From: a virus
Strand: one strand, 5' to 3'
Length of the DNA: 31,135 nucleotides
IMG/VR virus record: IMGVR_UViG_3300025809_000005
Span: 1-31,135 of that record
Part shown: piece by piece, positions 1-8,729 of the stretch
Layout of the letters: each line of letters opens with the position of its first letter
Numbering within the stretch: the first letter of the stretch is position 1
The notes under the pieces: generated by a model
Database searches by the model: none
The model's input: only the letters and a program-made list of their open reading frames with translations
Told to the model about the DNA's origin: nothing
Program-made: the position numbers and the translations under genes

Positions 1-127
1 TTTCTTTTGGTGTAGCCATATCTTAAATTCTATAAACTTAAATACTATTTTATCAATTAGCTTTCTCATTTATTTTCTCGTTTAGTCGTTTAATATCTTT
101 TCTTACTCTTTCCCTTTCAAGTTTTAT
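1..127. repeat. Terminal overlap: exact copy of 31009..31135 (circular contig closure)
   Basis: The 127 nt at the two window ends are identical character by character. ORFs read seamlessly across the join. Confidence 0.95.
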
Positions 128-346
128 TTCTAATATCTCGCTTTCTAAAACTCTAATGTCAGGGAATACATAAGTATTTTGATTGAATCTTAGTGCCTTT
201 GCCTCACTCTCTGTGTCTGTTATTCTACCCTCTAAATGTGAATACAATAATACAGCACTACCAACTAATATAACTATCTGTATTAGCCATTTAATGTTTA
301 TGGATATTCCTGCATCGTCATTTAGCTTAGGTAGATTTTCTCCCAT
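53..346 (-). CDS. Membrane-anchored coiled-coil protein (spanin-like / lysis accessory)
   Basis: 97 aa. One N-proximal TM (WLIQIVILVGSAVLLYSHL), then a charged heptad-like C-terminus (EILEIKLERERVRKDIKRLNEKINEK). Overlaps the 2-TM gene upstream and is contiguous with the endolysin cassette across the circular join. Confidence 0.45.
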   Translation of the reverse strand: MGENLPKLNDDAGISINIKWLIQIVILVGSAVLLYSHLEGRITDTESEAKALRFNQNTYVFPDIRVLESEILEIKLERERVRKDIKRLNEKINEKAN

Positions 347-512
347 TAATTTTGCCTTTCAAGTAATAGAATAATTCTTTTCCTAATAGACCAAAGAAAC
401 CACCGACAAGACCAACTATTGCGGCTTGTGCTACTCCCATAATTGTCACAGTTGATAGGGCAGTAAATACAAAGCCACTAATGAATGATATTTTATTGTC
501 CAAGACGTTCAT
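327..512 (-). CDS. Small two-TM membrane protein, holin-like
   Basis: 61 aa. Two hydrophobic helices (ISFISGFVFTALSTVTIMGV; AAIVGLVGGFFGLLG) and a basic tail (KGKINGRK). First gene of the lysis block. Confidence 0.45.
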   Translation of the reverse strand: MNVLDNKISFISGFVFTALSTVTIMGVAQAAIVGLVGGFFGLLGKELFYYLKGKINGRKST

Positions 513-540
513 CTTTTGTGTGGGTTTCCCCTTTATTTAG

Positions 541-1239
541 TTAGCCACAAGAAGCATCAGATGTATATAATGTTCCTACTTCTCCTGCGGATAGTGCTTT
601 GTTAAAGATTCTTACTTGGTCTATTGAACCATTCCAATAGTTTACATTATTTAAACCTGCTTTTCCTAAAACCAAACTTTGATTTCCTACCGTTCCAAAG
701 GCAATCGTTGAAGTAAATGATTGAAACAAAGAGCCGTCTATATAAAGTTTAACGTCAGTACCATTATAGGTAGCTGTAAGATTGTGAAAGTTTCCGTTAA
801 TATAGGACGATATTGAGGTGCTTGTGCCTACCCAATATCCCGAGTTATTTCCTATAATAACCTCAAATGTACTCGTTGGGGTTATGTAAATTTGCATTCT
901 TGTATTAACGGCAGCTCCATTTGAAGGAGCATCAGAGAATAAGGTTCTATAATTACCAGTTGAAGAAGTGTTAAACCAAATACTTATTGAAGCCGTAGAA
1001 GAAGCTGGGACAATATAGGTTGTAGATATATAACTACTGCTCCCATTAAAAACCCCTGCTTGACCAAATACACCTGTCCCATAAGTAACATTGCTTGCGG
1101 TACCGTCATAATTACCACTAACATCAGTAGCATCGCCATTTAATCTATACAAAGCTAATCCACTTGAATCCCCAAATGGGTCTACACAAGCATCAACACC
1201 TTCATCATTACTCCTAATTATTCTTTTATTTATAGCCAT
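541..1239 (-). CDS. LamG / concanavalin-A-like lectin domain protein (likely receptor-binding tail fibre tip)
   Basis: 232 aa with a Laminin_G_3-type pattern: LYRLNGDATDVSGNYDGT, GVFNGSSSYI, SISIWF, KLYIDGSL, IDQVRIFNKALSAGEV. Last structural gene before lysis. Confidence 0.65.
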   Translation of the reverse strand: MAINKRIIRSNDEGVDACVDPFGDSSGLALYRLNGDATDVSGNYDGTASNVTYGTGVFGQAGVFNGSSSYISTTYIVPASSTASISIWFNTSSTGNYRTLFSDAPSNGAAVNTRMQIYITPTSTFEVIIGNNSGYWVGTSTSISSYINGNFHNLTATYNGTDVKLYIDGSLFQSFTSTIAFGTVGNQSLVLGKAGLNNVNYWNGSIDQVRIFNKALSAGEVGTLYTSDASCG

Positions 1240-1241
1240 AA

Positions 1242-1703
1242 TTATATCATAAAGTTAGGCAAATCGTATGTAAGTACTGCTTTCTTAGTTGTTAAAGCGT
1301 TTATCTCTGCTTCTACTATATCGCTTTGGTCTCTTAAATCAGCTCTTGCTTCCTTAATATCAGCAGGTATTTCTGTTCCTACATCTGCGTATCTTACAAC
1401 GTACCAATCTGTTTTAGATAATTCACTACCAATACTATGCTTTAAGTTAGAAATCTTTTGAGACTTTAACTCTGCTAATGTTTGGGGTATTGTTTTATCT
1501 ATTACATCGTATGTATAAACATCTCCGTCAAGGTGTAAGTTGTCTAACTCTTGAATCCTTGAATCGTATGTTGGTTGTACTACATCTTTAAAACCTAAAG
1601 AAGCACCATCTCCAATATTTAAGTGCGTACCATTTTCATCAGTCCAAGTCTTAGGAACTCTGCTAAATGTTTTTATTTCTCCGTTTACTAATATCGCTAC
1701 CAT
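1242..1703 (-). CDS. Tail-fibre-associated protein (assembly-chaperone-like)
   Basis: 153 aa between the fibre and LamG genes. The LSKTDWYVVRYAD segment resembles the TDW motif of tail fibre assembly proteins. Weak. Confidence 0.3.
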   Translation of the reverse strand: MVAILVNGEIKTFSRVPKTWTDENGTHLNIGDGASLGFKDVVQPTYDSRIQELDNLHLDGDVYTYDVIDKTIPQTLAELKSQKISNLKHSIGSELSKTDWYVVRYADVGTEIPADIKEARADLRDQSDIVEAEINALTTKKAVLTYDLPNFMI

Positions 1704-1712
1704 ATCTATTTT

Positions 1713-2267
1713 TTATTGAGGTTGTGAAATTGAGTACCAGTAAGTACTTGCTCCTGTTACTACTATTTGAATAAGGTTAGAAACTGTGCCGTCATAAGTA
1801 CCTGCTACTGTTGAACCTGCAGGAAGCGTTAAGGTAAAGTCTCCTGTAATTACTAAGTCTTTAACCATACCTATTGCAGTATTTGAGAAAGTAAGGGTGG
1901 TGTTTCCACTTAGTGTTTTAGTAAATACTTGTGCAGTTGCAAAATCTACGTTTGTTGATAATGCAGCACTTGTAGTAAATTCAGCAGCCAATTTAGCATA
2001 GCTAATAACGTCATTCGCAATAGTTAATGCAGTTGCTCCTGTAACTTCCCCTGTATGGGTTGCGTTAGGGGCAGAGTTTGTTACCGTTACCGCTCCTGTG
2101 GTTTGGTCTACTGAAATACCTGTACCTGCTGATACCGAATTTACATCTCCTGCATCGTCTGCATAGAGTTCTGTAAAGTTGTCGTTTACTTTGTCAAAAG
2201 CAGTTCTTAATGGGTCTCCTGTACCATCATTAGCTACGCTTCCAATATTAATTACTTGTTTTGCCAT
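1713..2267 (-). CDS. Tail fibre protein
   Basis: 184 aa. The N-terminus INIGSVANDGTGDPLRTAFDKVNDNFTELY matches the widespread phage tail-fibre N-terminal signature. The rest is T/S/A/G-rich and beta-like. Confidence 0.6.
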   Translation of the reverse strand: MAKQVINIGSVANDGTGDPLRTAFDKVNDNFTELYADDAGDVNSVSAGTGISVDQTTGAVTVTNSAPNATHTGEVTGATALTIANDVISYAKLAAEFTTSAALSTNVDFATAQVFTKTLSGNTTLTFSNTAIGMVKDLVITGDFTLTLPAGSTVAGTYDGTVSNLIQIVVTGASTYWYSISQPQ

Positions 2268-2279
2268 TTTTTTATTTTG

Positions 2280-2483
2280 TTAAATTTGTGTTTGGTCTGC
2301 GGTTATTAAATTACTATCTGCCGTATATATAGTCGTATCTGCCGTTAAAGGTAAAAATCCTGTTCCCCAACAAGTAGGTGCAGATATATCATTAATTGCA
2401 TTTGCACTCCAAGCATAATCGCCAAAAGCGTCTTTAGTTATTATGTCACAATATACTTTTCCCCAATTTATGCTGTTTGCCAT
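2280..2483 (-). CDS. Small hypothetical virion-module protein
   Basis: 67 aa ORF preceded by a 72-nt gap. Carries a TAD-type repeat (LTADTTIYTADSNLITADQTQ) that echoes KADTTVLKADMT in ORF 13389..14474. Confidence 0.45.
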   Translation of the reverse strand: MANSINWGKVYCDIITKDAFGDYAWSANAINDISAPTCWGTGFLPLTADTTIYTADSNLITADQTQI

Positions 2484-2555
2484 CTTTTTCTTTTTCTAAA
2501 TATTTTTTTAGTTTTTTAAGGTTTACTTCCTTCGGTTTGTATGTCGATTTTATTT

Positions 2556-3056
2556 CTACAGTACCCATCCTTGAAATGTTGCATCGTGATCCGGATGTAT
2601 ATCGTCATTAGTGTTACTTGTGTACTCCGGATAATTCGACTGATTGAATGACATAAAGTCGATAAATCTTCTAGTATAATATTCAGCAATATCACGTTCT
2701 TTGTTTACTAAATAGTCTACTTCTTCTTTACTAACTGAATCTGAGTTTTCGCTATTGTGTTTATATATACCTCCATTTTTTACAGAGTAAGCAGCAAACG
2801 GTAAATAGTCTACCATAGCAAAATGAATAAGCATTGGCTGAATATAGCTGTTTACTAACGTTAAATAATTCCCACTTAATGTACCGGCAATTATATCTGC
2901 TGAAATTTTATTGTATAAATCAGTACCTAAATAATTTTTTATATGTATCTCCTGTGCAATCTTAATAAACTGTATAAATTTATCAGTATCGACATTACCA
3001 TCTAATATGCTATTTCGTACTAAGTCTGTTCGTGTTATAAATAATGCTGTAGCCAT
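2556..3056 (-). CDS. Head-tail connector / adaptor candidate
   Basis: 166 aa. Its start codon directly abuts the portal stop. Size and position are typical of head-completion proteins. No diagnostic motif. Confidence 0.3.
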   Translation of the reverse strand: MATALFITRTDLVRNSILDGNVDTDKFIQFIKIAQEIHIKNYLGTDLYNKISADIIAGTLSGNYLTLVNSYIQPMLIHFAMVDYLPFAAYSVKNGGIYKHNSENSDSVSKEEVDYLVNKERDIAEYYTRRFIDFMSFNQSNYPEYTSNTNDDIHPDHDATFQGWVL

Positions 3057-4847
3057 TTATCCTCTAGGTTTTATAAATCCTCTATTCTTCATATCCTTCG
3101 GTTTCTGAGATACTTTAGAGGGTTCTTCTGACTTACTAGGTTCTTTAATACCTTTCTGCTCTATTGTTTTTTTATATATAGGTTTTGTCTTAGGACTATT
3201 AACATCCGGTTTAACTCCCCCTTTTGCCATATACGTTTTTCTTAGCCAATAGTGGTGGCAATCTCCCCCACCTTTATACAGCCAAATATCGTAAGTATCA
3301 GCTCCACCTTTTCCCCAACCTGCATTAACAGCTTTGGTTCTCATTTGTTTTATATCTTCTTTACGATATATTTTACCTGCTGCTACCATTTTACGGCAAA
3401 ATTCTCTACTGTTATTTCCTACTATTCTAGGTGCATATTGGTATCTTACTATGAATTTTTGCCCTTCTTTGTTTTCTCCATCAAGATCACTCTTTGCGTT
3501 TGGTCTTGCAGATCCGGTACTAGCCAATCCGATCATTTTATCTAACGCTTCTTCTTGCTCGTAATCTACTTTACGTTCGTCTACTAATTCCCACTCGTCT
3601 AGGTTTTCTTCTTCTCCTAGATCAATTAACATATCTGCTGCTTCGTCTTTTAATTCTTCAGATTTGTCGCTTGACATTTTTACTCCTGTTTCTTCTTCTC
3701 TAGTCTCAGCGTCAGTAACATTAGTTAAATCTGTAAATTCTAACGGTTGTAACGTTTTAAAGTACAATTTAAGAGCTATTTTGTTATACGCTAGTATTTG
3801 TTCAAAGGCATTGATCAAAAGTGTCTGAAATGGTCTAATAACAGTATTGTCCATTAATGTAGACGCTGTTTCAATTTCATCAGCATTGTTTCCTAAGCCG
3901 GATCCATCTTTTATACCCAATAACATCGGACTAACAACTCTATGTGCTACCATTAATTTTCGAGAGCTTTCGTCTGACAAAAATTGATATTGATTGTGAG
4001 CGTCGCTTAATTGTACTGTCTGAAGATCTGCTGCACTTTCTGCATTGTCATTAAATGATAAAATAAATCTACCGGCATTTGAGCTACCTGTATATTTTTG
4101 GATTATTTTATTCTCTATTAATTGACGTTCTTCTTCAGGTGGTACTCCATTGTTAAAATTAATTAACATACTAGGAGCAAAACCGTTTTGAATATTGTTC
4201 AAATGATAGTTAGATATGTTTTCTTCTAACTCTGCGTATTGTAATCCACCCTGATAATCTACAGGACTATAATAATAAAATCCTGCTCTGTATGGTTTTA
4301 CAAAATATATTTCAATAGCTTCTTTAGAAAATCCAAAAGCCGGTATTCTTTTTGGTGTATCGGACGGTTTTATTTTTGTCCAATCTTTAAAATAGTAATA
4401 TGCTTCTACGTCTCCATCTTCATTGCATTTCTCTGCTCTTAATGTCTCTACAGGGAAGTGTTCTACTTGAGCTATCTTAGATCTGTCCTTTGAATATATT
4501 ACTTGAATCGCACAACCTCCCATTAATTTAAGATCATACGCTAGTTTCCTAACACAATCTTTATTAAATAATGACATCATTTGTGCATATTGATCCGGTT
4601 TTCTATTCGAATCTGTAGCATCTAAGCCTTTACCAAAGATCATTTCTGAAATACCGTTAATAATGGCGTTGTTTGTAGGACTTCCATTATACCTATCCAA
4701 TAAATACTGATAATAATTATTGTCAGCTCCGTAAGCTATGTAATCCTTACCGGTAACTTCACTTACTTTTGGCGTTGTATAACTACCCAATTCTACAAAA
4801 CGTACGTCTCCGGCAGTTCTTTTTTTAATATTTTTCTTATTTGTCAT
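3057..4847 (-). CDS. Portal protein with C-terminal MuF/SPP1-gp7-like segment and Lys-rich tail
   Basis: 596 aa, the largest head-module ORF. It has an acidic linker (DLGEEENLDEWELVDE). The segment NSREFCRKM...YDIWLYKGGGDCHHYW resembles the Cys/His end of head-morphogenesis (Mu gpF-like) proteins. The tail is K/P-rich. Confidence 0.6.
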   Translation of the reverse strand: MTNKKNIKKRTAGDVRFVELGSYTTPKVSEVTGKDYIAYGADNNYYQYLLDRYNGSPTNNAIINGISEMIFGKGLDATDSNRKPDQYAQMMSLFNKDCVRKLAYDLKLMGGCAIQVIYSKDRSKIAQVEHFPVETLRAEKCNEDGDVEAYYYFKDWTKIKPSDTPKRIPAFGFSKEAIEIYFVKPYRAGFYYYSPVDYQGGLQYAELEENISNYHLNNIQNGFAPSMLINFNNGVPPEEERQLIENKIIQKYTGSSNAGRFILSFNDNAESAADLQTVQLSDAHNQYQFLSDESSRKLMVAHRVVSPMLLGIKDGSGLGNNADEIETASTLMDNTVIRPFQTLLINAFEQILAYNKIALKLYFKTLQPLEFTDLTNVTDAETREEETGVKMSSDKSEELKDEAADMLIDLGEEENLDEWELVDERKVDYEQEEALDKMIGLASTGSARPNAKSDLDGENKEGQKFIVRYQYAPRIVGNNSREFCRKMVAAGKIYRKEDIKQMRTKAVNAGWGKGGADTYDIWLYKGGGDCHHYWLRKTYMAKGGVKPDVNSPKTKPIYKKTIEQKGIKEPSKSEEPSKVSQKPKDMKNRGFIKPRG

Positions 4848-5191
4848 ATTACTATATAATCATTATCGAAACTATCTTCAGAAATATAAACGTTTTTGTT
4901 TACTGAGTAGTAATCGTTCGTATCTTGATCTACATCTTGATCTGTACAGAATATTCTATCTCTATATATCACTTCTCCTGCATCTTCTAGTTTTAGATCA
5001 TAGAATCGTCCTTCTACTAAAGAAAATGCGTGAGAGAGGCTTAAATACTCTCCTGACGTCGTAAAAGACACTTCTTCTGATGTCTCTACGTTTGTACTGT
5101 CGTCTCTTAATACTAAAGTACCTGTCAAAGGATATGCTCTAGGAATAACTAAAATAGTCTGAGCGTCCGTACTTGTAGTTAAATGTTTCAT
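4844..5191 (-). CDS. Hypothetical protein, first gene of a late transcription unit
   Basis: 115 aa. ATGA overlap with the portal gene. The late promoter motif abuts its ATG. Confidence 0.55.
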   Translation of the reverse strand: MKHLTTSTDAQTILVIPRAYPLTGTLVLRDDSTNVETSEEVSFTTSGEYLSLSHAFSLVEGRFYDLKLEDAGEVIYRDRIFCTDQDVDQDTNDYYSVNKNVYISEDSFDNDYIVI

Positions 5192-5227
5192 ATATATATA
5201 ACGAAATAAAATCTACATTTTGTATTA
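5192..5227 (-). promoter_or_regulatory. Late-class promoter A (ATACAAAAT-N13-CGTTATATATAT-ATG)
   Basis: Minus strand reads TAATACAAAATGTAGATTTTATTTCGTTATATATAT followed directly by ATG (5191). Same architecture at 7468, 9331 and 17279. Confidence 0.55.
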
Positions 5228-5233
5228 AATGAC

Positions 5234-5261
5234 AAAAAAAACCCCTCCGGTTAGGGAAGGG
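5234..5261 (-). terminator. Intrinsic terminator after the tube-like gene
   Basis: Minus strand: CCCTTCC-CTAACC-GGAGGGG stem-loop (7 bp, one G.U) followed by T8. Confidence 0.75.
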
Positions 5262-5288
5262 TTAATTGTAACTAAGTTTGTAACTAAC

Positions 5289-5810
5289 TTATACAGTAGG
5301 GTTAATTTGCGTAGCAGATACTTCAGGTTCAGCAGCACAAAAGAATGGTGGTGCAGTTTCCTGAGCAGTCATTGTTAAAGTAAATCCGCTCAAGTCTCCC
5401 ATAGCAGCTCCGGTAACAATAGTTCCACCTGTTACTTCAGAACCGTGATCTTTACCTATTAAGAAAAATTTTCCGTTGTTATCTTCTACTACTATTTGTG
5501 GTCTACCCGCTGCTAACAATTTAATTTCTTCTTGCGTTGCGTTGTCTAAGAAAGTAAAAGTAGCGTTTAATGTAGTTTCGTAAAATGTAGTTCCGTTTTC
5601 TCTAGACGACGTAATAGCAGTCTCTAAGCTAGAGTTTCCTTTTATTTCGAATTTAAAAAATTCCTCAGATCCACCAAAAGTAATAATACCGTCCGTTGGT
5701 GTCAAACCTGAAATATTGGTAGCGTCATAGTTTGAGAAATAGATGTTTTTTAATCCACCTACAGCACTCTTACAAGGTAATACTCTACCGGATGCGATTG
5801 AACAAGCCAT
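5289..5810 (-). CDS. Abundant virion protein, likely major tail (tube) protein
   Basis: 173 aa, beta-rich, monocistronic between two strong intrinsic terminators immediately downstream of the MCP. No motif-level proof. Confidence 0.4.
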   Translation of the reverse strand: MACSIASGRVLPCKSAVGGLKNIYFSNYDATNISGLTPTDGIITFGGSEEFFKFEIKGNSSLETAITSSRENGTTFYETTLNATFTFLDNATQEEIKLLAAGRPQIVVEDNNGKFFLIGKDHGSEVTGGTIVTGAAMGDLSGFTLTMTAQETAPPFFCAAEPEVSATQINPTV

Positions 5811-5835
5811 ATGTTTATAATTTTATTGATTAATG

Positions 5836-5873
5836 AAAAAAGGGTAGGCAGGCTTCTATGGCTTACCTACCCC
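5836..5873 (-). terminator. Intrinsic terminator after the major capsid gene
   Basis: Minus strand: GGGTAGGTAAGC-CATAGAA-GCCTGCCTACCC (12-position stem with one mismatch and one wobble) followed by T6. Confidence 0.8.
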
Positions 5874-5895
5874 TCTTATTTATTTACTTATTTGA

Positions 5896-6831
5896 TTATG
5901 CAGGAGTATAAAGTACGATGTCGCTTCCGATTCCGTATTCTACACCACTTGTAAAGCGCATTATCACACGAACATTCTGACTTCCGTCCAAATCTCCCAT
6001 ATCAAGTACTTTAACCTCGTTGTGGTCAGATAACAATCCTGTACCAAAGAATAAGTTAGATTTTTCAGCAGCTACGATGTAATTGTCAGCTAATCCGTTA
6101 GCAACAAAGATTTTTACACCGTCAAAAGATAATGCTCCATTGTTCCACCATTGAGTACCTTCAGCGTTTACACCGTTAGCTCCTAGTCCGGCAGCAGCAA
6201 ATCCACCTAATGCTCTTACGTAAGCTCTAGCTACGTTTTGAGAAACATATAAGTAAAGATCTTCTTTTCCGTATAATGCAGAAGGAATCGCATCTACTAC
6301 TTTTCCTAACTCATCGATCACATTAGCAGCAGTTACAGTTGTTCCTACTACGTCAATTACGTCAGCGTCAGCAGTCATTTTTGTTACTAATCCGTCAAAC
6401 TCTCCTGCATTAGCAGTAGCACCTCTCCAAATATTGTTCTCAGTTTTTTCAGCAACTAATCCGGCAACGTGTGCCACTAAGAAATCTGAAAATGCTGGTG
6501 GTAAAGAATCGAATGCAGATACTCCCATTTGCATAGCTTCCCAATCTGAACGGAAATCTTTTTTACATAACTCAAGGTTTACTTGGAATTCTTCAGGTTG
6601 TAAGATTCTTTCAGTTAAAGTTACTGTAGCAGTATCTGTGAAATCACAAGATCCGTCTTTAATTACGTTAGAGTCAGTAGCCATCTTTTTGATAACTTCT
6701 TTGTACTTAACGTTTGGTTTAACTGTAATACCACCATTGTTTAAGGTAGCACCTGATAATAACGCAGCAGCAATATATTCCTTCGAAAATTCGCCTGCGT
6801 ATGTTGTAGTAATGTCGGTTGTTGTAGCCAT
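5896..6831 (-). CDS. Major capsid protein (HK97-fold presumed)
   Basis: 311 aa directly downstream of a scaffold-like gene and followed by a strong terminator. Size and composition are typical of an MCP. The antisense track ORF 6434..6841 is a shadow. Confidence 0.6.
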   Translation of the reverse strand: MATTTDITTTYAGEFSKEYIAAALLSGATLNNGGITVKPNVKYKEVIKKMATDSNVIKDGSCDFTDTATVTLTERILQPEEFQVNLELCKKDFRSDWEAMQMGVSAFDSLPPAFSDFLVAHVAGLVAEKTENNIWRGATANAGEFDGLVTKMTADADVIDVVGTTVTAANVIDELGKVVDAIPSALYGKEDLYLYVSQNVARAYVRALGGFAAAGLGANGVNAEGTQWWNNGALSFDGVKIFVANGLADNYIVAAEKSNLFFGTGLLSDHNEVKVLDMGDLDGSQNVRVIMRFTSGVEYGIGSDIVLYTPA

Positions 6832-6846
6832 TTTTATTTAGTTTAT

Positions 6847-7467
6847 TTATTTTTTAATGTTTGCAATTCTTGCGAATACTGTGTCTCTAGTAGACTGTGG
6901 TCTGTTTTGACCGAAAGTTAATTTTTTAGATTTTGTTTCTCCTTCAGGACTATGTCTTAATGGAGTAGCAGCCGGTGTAGAAGATAATTCTTCTTTTACC
7001 TTTGCCTCAACTTCAGCTTGAGTACTTAACTGTGTTCTTAATTCAGCAATTTCAGATTGTAGTCTTTCAATTTCACTAAAGAATGTTTCCTTAGATACTG
7101 ATTCAACAATCTTCTTAGGTGTACTTGCTTCAGCCTCAGCTTCTACTTCTACTTCAGCTTCTTCAGTAGCTTCTTCTTCAGGAGCTTCTTCTGCTGATTT
7201 CATTTCTTTTATGATACCTTCATTTTCTACTACTAGGATCATTCCATCTTCTAAAGAATATTCGCCAACAGGTAAAGCAATTCGATCTTCTTCTGTTACG
7301 ATAAATACTTCAGCTTCCGGTTCGAATACCTCTGCTTCAATGATAGTACCATTCTCTAGGGTCATTTGAGCTAGTTTGATTTCCTGTACGGTTTCCTGTA
7401 CATCCTCTGATAACTCAATCCCTAGTACGCTTTTAATTTCTTTTAGCATTTCTAATGGATTTTTCAT
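6847..7467 (-). CDS. Scaffolding protein
   Basis: 206 aa, immediately upstream of the MCP. Acidic E/A-rich low-complexity core (EEAPEEEATEEAEVEVEAEAEAS) and a coiled-coil segment (ERLQSEIAELRTQL). Confidence 0.55.
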   Translation of the reverse strand: MKNPLEMLKEIKSVLGIELSEDVQETVQEIKLAQMTLENGTIIEAEVFEPEAEVFIVTEEDRIALPVGEYSLEDGMILVVENEGIIKEMKSAEEAPEEEATEEAEVEVEAEAEASTPKKIVESVSKETFFSEIERLQSEIAELRTQLSTQAEVEAKVKEELSSTPAATPLRHSPEGETKSKKLTFGQNRPQSTRDTVFARIANIKK

Positions 7468-7505
7468 ATGTATATATAACGGTTAATAAATATTATTTTG
7501 TATTT
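7468..7505 (-). promoter_or_regulatory. Late-class promoter B
   Basis: Minus strand: AAATACAAAATAATATTTATTAACCGTTATATATACAT then ATG (7467). The N13 spacing is conserved. Confidence 0.55.
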
Positions 7506-7518
7506 TCAAATAGACTTT

Positions 7519-7947
7519 TTACATTGCCCACTTGAAACTATTTACTTCTGCCATTTGTTTTTCTAATTGGTCGTATTTTTTTTCAGCATCTTTATAACCT
7601 TTGATTTTAGCAGGTTCTATTTCTAAGTCTCTAGCTGATTTGTCTGCTGCTTCTAAAGCATTTCCAATATTCATTTGCGCTCTTGCAGCTTGCTTTCTGA
7701 TATTATCGGCTTCTGCTTCTAATTTATCTGCTGTTTTTTCCCAAACTTTAATAGAGTCGTTATGCTCTTTCATTCTTCTAAGCATATTTTCTAACCCTTG
7801 TGATTCAGCACTTGCTTCGTCAATAGATTGTCTAATATCGCTTACTACACTAAGTTCTATCTTTTCAGCGGATAGTTCTTGCTTTCCTTCAGCCTGTTTA
7901 GTATATAATTTAGCAAGCCTTTCATTTACGTTTTTTTGTGTGTTCAT
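7519..7947 (-). CDS. Coiled-coil protein, head module
   Basis: 142 aa, strongly helical and charged (K/E/A-rich). Antisense ORF 7601..8002 is a shadow. Confidence 0.5.
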   Translation of the reverse strand: MNTQKNVNERLAKLYTKQAEGKQELSAEKIELSVVSDIRQSIDEASAESQGLENMLRRMKEHNDSIKVWEKTADKLEAEADNIRKQAARAQMNIGNALEAADKSARDLEIEPAKIKGYKDAEKKYDQLEKQMAEVNSFKWAM

Positions 7948-7960
7948 TGGATTGTATTTA

Positions 7961-8107
7961 TTAAGATTTACGGTATATGTTTCCTATTCCTTGCGCCCAT
8001 AGTGATCCGTCGCAGCATTTTCTTGAGTAAGTGTTTTCGTCTTTACATAAACAGGCTCTAGAGCTTCCCTTTGGACTTGAATAACTAGGTGTTTTATCGT
8101 TAAGCAT
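7961..8107 (-). CDS. Small Cys-rich ORF (48 aa), not in the ORF track
   Basis: Hand translation: MLNDKTPSYSSPKGSSRACLCKDENTYSRKCCDGSLWAQGIGNIYRKS. It fills an otherwise empty 152-nt gap. The ATG overlaps the end of the upstream gene. Confidence 0.3.
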   Translation of the reverse strand: MLNDKTPSYSSPKGSSRACLCKDENTYSRKCCDGSLWAQGIGNIYRKS

Positions 8108-8729
8108 AGCTTTGTGTTTTTTGTATAAAGTATATTATATCCCATATCTTAGCAGTACCTCCTATAGGTGTAACTTTTACAAAAGATCCATTGTCTACAA
8201 AGTTTTGGTCTGCATAGTATTGAAATACTTGATGGAACTCGTGAGCAACGTCATTACCTTTAGGGAACGATATATCAACCCCTACTCTTTCGTAAGGTGT
8301 TCCGTTCTCTGCATCTAACTGTAATCTCATATAAGTCTGATTAGCATTTGCACTTGAACACTTAAAAGCAATAGTCAATACATAAACATCATTCAAATTA
8401 TCAGCTAACACTCTTTTGGTTATGCCATTGTAGTAATCAATACCTGAGTAGCTTCTGTAAATATTAGCAGCATTGTTAGGTAAAGTAATTTCTACGCCAT
8501 CTGCTAAATTTAATTTACTAGCTGAGGTATATTGATCGTCATCGTATCTAGTCCACCCTATTCCTGTTCCTACGCCTGCTTGAGGGTATAATTTAACCCA
8601 TTGTCCTTTATAAACAGTCCATACTCCGGATTCAGTAGTAACATACGCCCCTTCTTCAATATTATATTGATTCCTTACTGCGTCTGTATCTACGTCTACT
8701 TGTACTTTGTATGAAGTGTTTTTAGTCAT
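8100..8729 (-). CDS. Hypothetical virion protein (beta-rich)
   Basis: 209 aa between the protease and scaffold genes. No recognisable motif. Confidence 0.5.
   Translation of the reverse strand: MTKNTSYKVQVDVDTDAVRNQYNIEEGAYVTTESGVWTVYKGQWVKLYPQAGVGTGIGWTRYDDDQYTSASKLNLADGVEITLPNNAANIYRSYSGIDYYNGITKRVLADNLNDVYVLTIAFKCSSANANQTYMRLQLDAENGTPYERVGVDISFPKGNDVAHEFHQVFQYYADQNFVDNGSFVKVTPIGGTAKIWDIIYFIQKTQSYA

Noticed and set aside
1-127. The 127-bp repeat as genuine direct terminal repeats (T7-like ends)
   Set aside because: The repeat coincides exactly with the window edges, genes read through it, its length equals a typical assembler k-mer, and the TerL is of a headful (PBSX) type. Assembly overlap is the simpler explanation. 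Read-terminus analysis would settle the question.
2484-2555. ATACAAA word and CCTTCGG mini-hairpin upstream of ORF 2280..2483, considered as another late promoter or terminator
   Set aside because: No CGTTATA box follows at N13. The hairpin has only 2-4 bp and is followed by A-runs rather than T-runs.
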